DNA of 64,000 nucleotides from Tubiluchus corallicola (taxonomy: Eukaryota; Animalia; Priapulida), in assembly GCA_030141605.1 (NCBI GenBank), contig JAQGDQ010000334.1:186001-250000 (forward strand), in the 5' to 3' direction. Positions 55,003 through 64,000 of the stretch are shown here, in pieces. The notes beneath the pieces were generated by a model, which worked only from the letters and a program-made list of their open reading frames with translations, was not told the origin of the DNA and searched no databases. Each line of letters opens with the position of its first letter. Within the stretch, counting starts at the first letter, position 1. The position numbers and the translations under genes were made by a program.

Positions 55003-55639
55003 GAAATTAGGCATAAAAGGCCACAAATGTCATAAAAAATGAGGAAAGAAACATGATAAGAACCCAAAGAAACCAATTCCAAAAACCAGAAAAAAGAATT
55101 AGACTGGTATTAGGCAAGAACTGTGCAACGTTGACATTTCTACAAACCAATAAGACAGCCCTACAAACAAAACAGAGCAGTATTAACATCACGCATTAGT
55201 TAAATCATGTTTAACAGGGATCATTAAATGCATCGATCACACTTTTCAGTAATACTACAGGATACTACAGAAAAATACAGAAATACTACCAGCCAAACTA
55301 ATGAAGCATTTGCTACTAAAAAGAGACATATATACATGTATACAGTACATATAATTAACTGATAAGAGCCTACAGAGTTGAGAGGTAGGCGGTCATGATG
55401 GCAACTCAGATATGAAGACAAACTAGGCTAGTGTGTTATTACATTGCGTGAAGCACCAAAACACATAAACACAAAAGCAAAAAATGATGATAGTATGCTG
55501 GCAAATGAGTCGGAAGAATTATGTAAAGTGACAGAGCAAAGAAAACAACATTTTCTTGCATTAATGGAGTCTGTGACAAACATAATATTTATATCTGATT
55601 GCAAACATAAAGTCAATTAGTTAAAATTTAAATGACATG

Positions 55640-56275
55640 AAATGATTAAAATCCCTTAGAACGATAACTGAGTGCAACATTACAATGAAAGTGTGTGGTG
55701 TTACAACTCAAGGCACAAATTCCAGCATGCTATTATCCGAGTAGCAAAGAGTTAACAAATGTCTCTGAAGATAATGATCTTGGTGTTATGAACTGTTTCT
55801 CACGAGGTAAACTTCTGCTCATATAACTAAAATATGTAAGAAGGTAAACAGAATGACTGGTTTGATCAAAATGAAGTTTTGTTAAATCATGAGCTGAAAC
55901 AAGTGTTATTCTATATAAGGCACATACTCTGGAGTACTCGTGTGTAGTCTGGTCTCCTTCGTTTCAGGTCGATATCAAGTGACTGCAGAAAGTTCAGGAC
56001 AGGTGCCTACATTTATGTTATGGAGCTGATTTATGTAGAAAGATATGCACTCTTCATCAGCAAAGAGAAACTGCTATTTTATATGAGGTATGCAAATACC
56101 TGAATGATAATCATATTATGTGTGAGAAACTATTTAAAGCTTCATCTCTACAGTTTACTCGCAGTCACTCCAAAAAACTGCTCAAATTCTATGCAAGAAC
56201 TAACTGCAAGAGCACGTTCTTTTCTTACCGTGTGATGGACAAGTGGAATAGTTTACTAGAGTGTTATTAGTACAC
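55640..56275 (+). mobile_element. Degenerate CR1-like LINE 3' fragment
   Basis: LEYSCVVWSP..DIK*LQKVQ, TRSHSKKL and FSYRVMDKWNSL motifs with stops. Confidence 0.8.
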
Positions 56276-56465
56276 CAAAATTAATTTAAACCTTTTTATT
56301 TTAAGGCGAGATGAGAACTTCAAGCTATCTATATACGCTTTAACTTTAAGAAGCCAATACTTTTATGAAAGTAAGAAATGCCATTGTGAAATTGTAAGTG
56401 CAACTTTCATCACGTACTAAATGTCCGACATACTTATGCCTAAGAAGTAAGAGACAATTCTTTAC

Positions 56466-56531
56466 CTGGTCACAAACGGCTTGTATTTCTTCGTCTGCTT
56501 CCTTTGTTGCACCGATGCCTCCGCACATCAT
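56466..56531 (-). CDS. CSTB: Cystatin-B-like exon 1: MMCGGIGATKEADEEIQAVCDQ
   Basis: MMCG start with the conserved N-terminal Gly; CAG|gtaaa donor after codon 22. The three exons give a 97-aa stefin with no signal peptide. Confidence 0.95.
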
Positions 56532-56599
56532 GATGAAAAGTATTTTAAGTGTGCAGAGTTCTAAACAAAAACGTCTGTGTGCGTGTCCTCTACAGAGGG

Positions 56600-56720
56600 G
56601 ATGAGTATAATCAGAGCACGTGAACCAAGAATAATCGACTCATCAGAAATGACCATGAATAACAAACACGTGTTTCTTGTTCAATGTTTATATCACCACG
56701 GGTCATGACTCATGTGCCGC
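56600..56720. promoter_or_regulatory. Cystatin proximal promoter candidate: two CACGTG E-boxes and a TGACTCA AP-1-type site
   Basis: Motifs at ~56617, ~56667 and ~56706, within 200 bp of the ATG; function inferred only. Confidence 0.35.
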
Positions 56721-57130
56721 CAAGCGTATTTTTGAGCCGCAGCGCCGCCTATCAGCAAATAAAATACTAAAAATGCATAATAGAAATTATTAAAAAATTT
56801 CAAGATGACCATGCGAAATACAACTGATCTCATCGTCGTTGTCTAGGACTAGGTGTTTCTACGTTCTAAGACATGGTGACACGCCCCATCTAGCTGTTGA
56901 TGGTATGCATTCCTTGCCCATGATACGTCAACCCTCATATCTAGAGTTGTATTTACTAAATCTTTTTGCATTATATATGTATATGTTTGGAGCTGATCCC
57001 CTCTCCACTTTTTTGCCGTTTCAAGAGCTTTACGTAATGCTATAGACTACAGGAACAGGAGACTCTTGGGGTAGTCTTAGTGCATGCCTAATTCAATGCA
57101 TTCTTACTTGGGCTTGTTTATTCAAAGAGT

Positions 57131-58900
57131 TAGATAAGATAAGATAAGATAAGATAATGTTTATTTTCATCGGTATGATATAAAACAGTACATATTTGTA
57201 AAACATGAGCTTAAAGCTCGTAAACCGATATCAAACATAATGTATATGAGCGATAACATGGTAATAATATGTACTTCTTAATAACTTTTAGATGCCACCT
57301 ACATGAAAGACAGTAAAAATTTAGGCAGTGACATTTTCTAAAATTTACACAAAAAGCTATGGTCAATAAAAATTTTTCCTGCCAACACATTCAGCATTTA
57401 ATTAAGACTTAATAAAATTGGGAAGTTCGCTGAATTTACAAATTGCACATTTACATGATGCACCAGTCCATGAGTTAATTAGAAGTTTAAATTCCCCAAG
57501 AATTTCGGCCATTCGGAGACAGTTTGGTAATTCATTCCACAATGTGGCTCCATAATAGGAGAAACTTTTCTTTCCGTATGTAACACCATCATATGTAGGG
57601 TGTTCTGCAGTGTTCATTTTTCTGAGGAAGTAGCGGTTTTGCTTTCGTTCCTCTATCAGTCCATAGAGATAGGACGGGCAGTTTTTGGACAAAATCTTGA
57701 ATACTTCGATAACAATGAGACGTTGTCTCTGAAGTTGAAGAGACACAAAATTGTCTTTAAACAATAGATTTTCGTAGGTACTTTCGAAATCATTATAAAC
57801 TAGACGGAGCGCTCTGAAATTCAAACGCTCTAACTTCTGGCTATTTGATGTACTACAGAAATGCCAGATTACGGGGCAGAAATTAAAATTCGGCTTGACA
57901 AACGAAAGGTAGATGAGTTTTCGACATTTTACCGACAGGTTTCGCCCAATACGGCGTAGAACATTAATCTGTTTAGCTGCTTTTTGCACAGGGCTGAAAT
58001 GTGCGAGTCAAAATTCAGGCGATAGTCTATATTTACACCAAGAAGTTTCACCTCATCTGTACATTCAATATCCGCTCCTTTGATGTTGAAAGTAGGTTTC
58101 AGGTCGTGTGTAATTTTGCCCACAGCAATCCCCTGAAACTTCCCCGGATTTGCTTCCATCTGGTTGGAAGCAAACCAGTCGACCAGTTACTTTCAACTTC
58201 TAAGGTTTGTTTCATATCATTAAATGATTTACTGGAGTAGGAAACAGTATTATCATCAGCACAGTTGTACAAGGTGGATTTACTGACAAAATGGAAGATA
58301 TCATTAATAAAACAATTAAAAAGTACAGGTCCAGTTAAGGATCCCTGAGGAACGCCTTTATCCATAGGAAGGGGTGAGCTCTGGACGTTCCCGATCTGAA
58401 CAAGTTGTTTTCTGTCAGTAAGGTAGCTTTTGATCAAATTTACAGCATTTTCTGATAAATTATAGCACCTTAACTTTTCCAACAATAAATTGTGTGGAAG
58501 GCTGTCAAACGCCTTTGAAAGATCCATCAGGATGGCACCAACATAGTTACCGGCCTCCAGTCCCTTCCTCCACTCTTCGGTTAACCCTAACAGTGCTGAC
58601 TGGCAGCTGTATCCACTACGGTAGGCTGACAAGAGTGGGTGAAAGTGTCGGGACATATGGTCACCAAGCTGGTCCACCATGGCTCTCTCAAACACCTTTG
58701 AAGCTATAGGAAGAACACTGACTGGACGGTAGTTTTTCTTGTTCAACGCATCATCTTTTTTGAACACTGGGGTGACGCGAGCATGCTTAAATTCATCTGG
58801 AAAAACTGAACAGTCAAACATCTGATTTATGAGACCAGTTAATTGAGGCAGAAAGGCCTCTTTGACTACTTTTAGAATTTTTACAGGAATATTGTAGGAA
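57131..58900 (-). mobile_element. 5'-truncated, frameshifted CR1/L2-group LINE with (ATCTT)n tail
   Basis: NYRPVS, MDLSKAFD, GVPQGSLTGPVLF, NCADD (mutated YADD), LLGV and WNELP over three frames. The 3' end is AATAAA followed by (atctt)n at ~57131-57165. Confidence 0.92.
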
Positions 58901-60848
58901 TCTTCATTGTAGTTCTTCATCACTTTTTTAGCGTTGTTCAGCCTGATCGAGTGCACATCATTAACACTCATACACACCATCATTGGATACTCTGTCAAGA
59001 CATTTAATTCCCAGTAAATTTCTGCAGAGACTTTTTTGAAAAGCATCAATTTCGTTTTGCTGCTTAGCCTTTTATTGTCCATTGCCCAGCATTGTACAAA
59101 AACACAGATTCAACTAAAATTGAAAGGATCCGAACGATAAACGTCCTCTTGTACCATCATCATCATCATCATAGGTGCTTCCATTATGCAACACAGCACC
59201 ACTCATAATTTTGATGCCATGTTCCCCCGATCTACATGTTTCTCTTGTAGTATGTGTTTAAAACTTAACGAAAATGCTATTAACAGCGGATAGGTGGCGC
59301 ACAAAAAGAAAAATGTCAGCTATCAGTCTGAAATTTTGGATTATTGGCGTTTGTTACATATATAGCAAATTTATTGAACTTTCGTTTTAAATTTAGTCTG
59401 AATTATTTTATATCGATTATAGAAATATACCTAGAGCGCATTGCCTAAGACGATCAAATTACCGTAAGTTGGCGGCGCGGCATGTATCTTACCGTATGCT
59501 GGTTTATGTTTTACCCACAGTAATCCTCTCTAGCCAGAGTTGGAAGATCTTAGAAAGGATTTTTAGGTTGGCGTCCTACTAATGGTCTAAGAGAGGTAAC
59601 TGGGGTGGGGGAGGGGATTGCAGCAAAGGTCTATAGATTTAAGAGCAAAACTCAAAAATTTGAAAACTAATTTCTAAAATGTCATGCGCGATTCATATTT
59701 ATTATTTTCACCACTTACATGTATTTCTATTGGCAGTACAGCCAGTATCTTCATGAATATTGATTAACATTAGCAATGAATTTAAACGGTTCAAAACTGT
59801 GATGCTTAGCATGATAATACTTTGCTACATCAGTACATGTGTTACTTAAATTTCAGAGCCACATTCCTCATACTGTTAGTGTTACATGTTAGTAAAGCTC
59901 ACAGAATTCTTACGCTTATCAGCGAAACTTCGCTTATTTAGATAGGTCCTTAATATTCCAATTGTGCAAGTCAATGGTTAGGCCAATTTCGTAGCATGTT
60001 GTTTGCAATCCAGCTAGGCAAGACATGATATGAAACATTGAATCTGTTTGAGCTACTAGTACTAGCCTTGTACCAGCAATTTCTGGACTACCGTAGTCTA
60101 TGAGAAACACACGATAAGACAGAAAACTAAACTCCACTCATAAAGGCAGGCTACGAGACATACTATGAATTTTATTTCACACATCAAAAAATACAATATC
60201 AAACACGTTAATAAACTTTAAATAAAATAATTTGGGTAGTGCGAGGTGAGTGTACGACCATACGGTCATTAACACACTCACCTTATTTAAATAAAAAAAT
60301 AATTATAGTTATGCATGCTTCTGTAGATAACTTAATGTAAATAAGGATGAAGTAAATGATGTAATAATAGCAATGGTATAAGAGCAATAAATCTGAAAGT
60401 TGAGAAAGGAAATCATAATATGTAATTATGACTTTGAGTGAGCCTTAAATAGTGAAAAAAAATTTTTAAATGGTTACCAATATGAATTATATGATTATCT
60501 ATCAATGTACCACTTACTTGTATTACAATGCACCATATTGCTTACTTGTACATACAATGATATACATAAACACAAATACACATACTTTATTCACCGGTGG
60601 GCATGTGCACTTCAAATTAGGCCTTACAAAGATTATGTCATCACACTAGTAATATCCAACAAAGGTTAACATAAAGCTGTCTTTGTCACAGTTTGTTATC
60701 AATGATACCAGCTTGTTATTATACCTAACTGAATTGACGTAAAGTCTTTTATTTTATTCTGTTAAGTTCAAATGCTTTTTTGTAGCACTGCTTAATATTT
60801 CAGGTTTGTTGCTTGATATTATTGTGTGTGCAAGGAAAACCTGAAAGT

Positions 60849-60901
60849 ATGCCCGTTAACCGCAGAAATGTAACAAAATTAGATGAAGGCTCAAAAACAG
60901 G
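60849..60901 (+). CDS. TMEM39A: TMEM39 family protein, first coding exon MPVNRRNVTKLDEGSKT(G) (exon starts 60804)
   Basis: tttcag| acceptor; GG|gtaagt phase-2 donor matches the next exon; MPxxRR start like TMEM39. Confidence 0.75.
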
Positions 60902-61163
60902 GTAAGTTAATGAAGCTTTATCAGCACTTTATTTATGTCAGTTGTGAAAAATTGCAGCAATTTGCGATTATTTAGAAAATTGCTAACCTTCCCACCTTTT
61001 CCATTTGATTGTGAATAGAAGCTTTGGTGACAGCATAGGCACTAAATAATTCCACTGGCACTATGTTCAGGCTTGAAAACTTTATTCATGGTAACATAGG
61101 TCTATGGTCTATACACATACTTAACTTCACGGAACATTTTTGTGTGAATTTTCTGTATTTCAG

Positions 61164-61365
61164 TCCAATGTCGCCAGGAGGGGCGCCACTCGCAACAGTT
61201 GTTATTTTACCGAAGCATGTAGCTTTGCCGTATGTGCCTACAGATGGTTGTTTCCAGTTCCAAATAACTGTACTCTTCTATAGTTTACTGGCCCTTGGAT
61301 TACAGTATATGAACTTATATAGGACTGTATGGTGGCTGCCCCATTCTCATACAAGACAAGCATTG
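61164..61365 (+). CDS. TMEM39A: TMEM39 exon: PMSPGGAPLATVVILPKHVALPYVPTDGCFQFQITVLFYSLLALGLQYMNLYRTVWWLPHSHTRQAL
   Basis: H..IP.LP.DG and QY.N.Y.TVWW.P signature of TMEM39A/B; tttcag| and |gtaaga. Confidence 0.92.
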
Positions 61366-61403
61366 GTAAGATGGTTTTAAATATTTACTTGTATGATGAT
61401 GCT

Positions 61404-61645
61404 AATAAGATAGTGCTCTTGTGAGACTTGCCATGGTCATAATCGTAAAGAAGACAAAGTGCCCATTAAGTCTCGAAAATTTTTAATTTTCACAGGAGCT
61501 TTCATCTTTCACAGACTTCGTCAGCTGAAGTCAACTTAGGCCATACGAGCTGATTTCAGCAGACGGTCCATGAAAATGAAAGCTCCTGTGAAAAATAAAC
61601 ATTTTTGAGACTTAATCGGCACTTTGTGTTCTTTATGATGATGAC
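61404..61645 (-). mobile_element. Palindromic double-hammerhead element, copy 2
   Basis: Arms 61436-61530 and ~61555-61645 are reverse complements, and the left side carries an extra tail shared with copy 1. Confidence 0.75.
61493..61527 (-). ncRNA. Minimal type-I hammerhead ribozyme motif (Penelope-type)
   Basis: Minus strand reads CAG-CUGACGA-A-GUCU-GUGAA-AGAU-GAAA-GCUC-CUG: intact core, stem II, palindromic AGCU at helix III, CUC cleavage triplet, CAG/CUG stem I. Confidence 0.65.
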
Positions 61646-62504
61646 AATTCTTAGATTAGATATCAGTGCCAATGTTTGTTACAGAGTTTTAAAAAAGATG
61701 AAATCCACTAGGAGTTTTAGCACTAACACTGAATAAGTCTTATTGACAAAAATAGTAACAATGAATAAAAAATCCCACAATTCAAAAGTAAGGAAAGAGA
61801 AAGAAATGGCATAAATGTTTCAAACTGCCGCAGTAGTTCTTCAAGTGACCAAAACAGAACGAATAAAAAGAAAATTATTAGAATTACTAGAAGTACTGAA
61901 CTAATTTTTCTGCGGAATTTTTTGTTTTTAAGTTTTATTAGCACATGAAAAGGATGTCACACTTGAAAGGATATAAGCATATAGAAGAGACACAGAAGCA
62001 CAGTAAATAAAAAATGCAAGGGAGAAACACAGAAGTATAAAATCAATGCCACTGTCAGATATGCACAACAGAAGTTAATGTGATGCAACATTAGCTTCTT
62101 TATGGTCCGTGAGCATTAGTAAGGATGTTTTAGACATTTTACATCATTTTACTATTGTCTGCTTGCACAACGATGCTAATCATTAGATCAGAGATCATTA
62201 TAAATGGCTTGTTACAACTTTTATGCAGTTCACTAATAATTCTAGCATTGTTTCAAATGCTACTAAACATGTGCATGAAATGTTAACTAATGTGGTAGCT
62301 GTTTTGACTTCTGTTCAGACAAATTGGATTTTGAAATTAGATCATTTGTGGGTTCATTCATTATTACTTATAAAAAAGTTTAGTTTAGTTTTGTTTACTA
62401 AAATTAATCTCTAAATTAGTAATTATTGTAGTGTGTGTAAAATAACTCTGAGAAACATGGAATTGATTAGTGAGTTATAAAGGTTAACTTAAACCTTGTC
62501 ATTA

Positions 62505-62585
62505 TCACTGTGTTCTAGTGATTATGGTATTAGACATGTGATCTGAAGGCAAAGGTCCCTAGTTCAAATAGAGGTTTAGCCAGTT
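62505..62585 (+). mobile_element. Degenerate tRNA-derived SINE head
   Basis: A-box-like region followed by gttcaaat B-box at tRNA spacing. Confidence 0.35.
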
Positions 62586-62777
62586 TTGATTTTTTTCTTT
62601 GTTTTAGGCAAGTTTTGTTTCAAAAGTCCAATTATTCTATCTTTAATGAATGGTTTTGAAACTAAATTGTAAATAATTAATTTGGTGCAAATTAGCTTAG
62701 TAGAAACAGGAGAATAGTATGGTTAATCTATATTTTTTAAATCAAACAATAAACAAAAGTAATTATTGTTTTTTTAG

Positions 62778-62861
62778 AATTTCTATATGATAGACAAAAA
62801 TATTCTGGCATTTATCACGGGCATTCTTACTCGAAGTTTAGTTTGGACTTTTATTTGTCAG
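62778..62861 (+). CDS. TMEM39A: TMEM39 exon: NFYMIDKNILAFITGILTRSLVWTFICQ
   Basis: Matches TMEM39 NFHLID..L.AFIT..L.R.LVW; ttttag| and CAG|gtaaga; 84 nt, phase 0. Confidence 0.92.
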
Positions 62862-63468
62862 GTAAGATTGATTGTGTTTTAATATTTAATGGGTAGACAT
62901 TCATTCCAGTGTTCTGCGCATACAGTATAGTGTATATAATTATAGATTTCGGGTAGTGCAGAAAAATAGGTATAGTCGTATTATGAGCGTTACTCAATCA
63001 TACTAAAATCTTTATAGATTTTCATCATAAATCAGGCTATTATTTCGTACTTGTTTATTTGTGTCTGTAATTACGCTGTTGCTACAATGTGACTACATTC
63101 ATAGGGAGTGTACTACAATGGGGAAGAAGCCAGTGACATACTGGAAGAAGCAGTTCTTTTTTTATTTTTTACATGATCTTCGGAGATCTGGCCACGAACA
63201 TCCAGGAGTTTTTTATTTCATTGGTTGTGGTGGTCTCTATGGTCGTCATCCGGTGTGACGGGGACTTAATTGTGTGACATACTTTTTGTGCCACTTTGTA
63301 TTTACAAACCACCCTGTACCTACTGGTTATTATCATTAACACAAGCAGAGGCATGTTTTCATATTTGTTCAAGTCATTATCATTGTTGACACTGTTCATG
63401 TAAAGGTTAACGAATATTGTCAAAATGGAACCAAATGTCGTACACGTGAATTTTTATAATTTTTGCAG

Positions 63469-63620
63469 AGTTGCAGTAGCCAGAAACGATCAGTCAAATA
63501 CTGGCTTCTACAGCTTGTTAAAGGTTGTGTCACGCTCACATGGACAACAGCTTCCTGCTATTTTTTTTACCACATTGTTATGAAATATTCTCTTATACAC
63601 ATCTTGTATTTGTGTTATCC
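63469..63620 (+). CDS. TMEM39A: TMEM39 exon: SCSSQKRSVKYWLLQLVKGCVTLTWTTASCYFFYHIVMKYSLIHILYLCY(P); gene continues beyond the window
   Basis: ttttgcag| acceptor and CC|gtaagt donor; ends L.L.YP as in TMEM39 (LLFLGYP). Confidence 0.85.
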
Positions 63621-64000
63621 GTAAGTACAGCATTACTCCTTTTGATTGGCAATTAGTTCAGTTTGCTGTTTACAATTTCTATTGTTCAGTTGTTTCTCAA
63701 AATAAGCTATGTAATTATTTTATTATGATTATTTCATTTTTGTCCAAATCAAGCTGTTTCGCATCTTTGACGCATTTTCTAGTATTGAACATTCGCTCTT
63801 ATTATGAAATATCTTTCCCTTTGAGAACAATAAACTCTCTTTTCAACTGTGAAGTGTTTAGTTGGGCTTGTCACTTGTGTCTTGTTTGAGCTTTGGCTGA
63901 AAAATGAACTTTTTGCAAAAACTGTGGTTGTCTTTTCCTCAAAATTTCACGAGCAGAACTACTAATTTCACGAGTAGAACGTCAGTAATTTTATGCAATT

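Noticed and set aside
63061-63423. ORFs inside the TMEM39 intron
   Set aside because: No recognisable homology; the flanking TMEM39 exons join in frame without them

Overview
AT-rich (about one-third GC by eye) animal genomic DNA, probably from a protostome invertebrate (inference). It has spliceosomal GT-AG introns and many transposon remnants. Three multi-exon genes were assembled by hand from splice sites and reading phase. (1) A minus-strand prohormone-4 / IDLSRF-like neuropeptide precursor (signal peptide, dibasic-flanked peptides, LDLa module, conserved C-terminal domain), with exons at 36750-36946, 13172-13300 and 2720-2872, a probable first exon ending at 43141, and the last exon probably left of the window. 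(2) A complete minus-strand type-1 cystatin (stefin / cystatin-B-like, 97 aa, 3 exons, 49402-56531). (3) The 5' part of a plus-strand TMEM39 gene (4 coding exons, 60849-63620). Introns and spacers hold CR1/L2-type LINE pieces (one long uninterrupted RT ORF), a Penelope-like GIY-YIG fragment, hAT MITEs with 8-bp TSDs, tRNA- and 5S-derived SINE-like heads, and micro/minisatellites. The most notable oddities are three. First, a 102-nt phase-1 candidate cassette exon with a single in-frame TAG inside the prohormone gene. Second, a second peptide copy in the prohormone. Third, short palindromic elements built from back-to-back minimal hammerhead-ribozyme motifs. Most ORFs in the supplied track are spurious.
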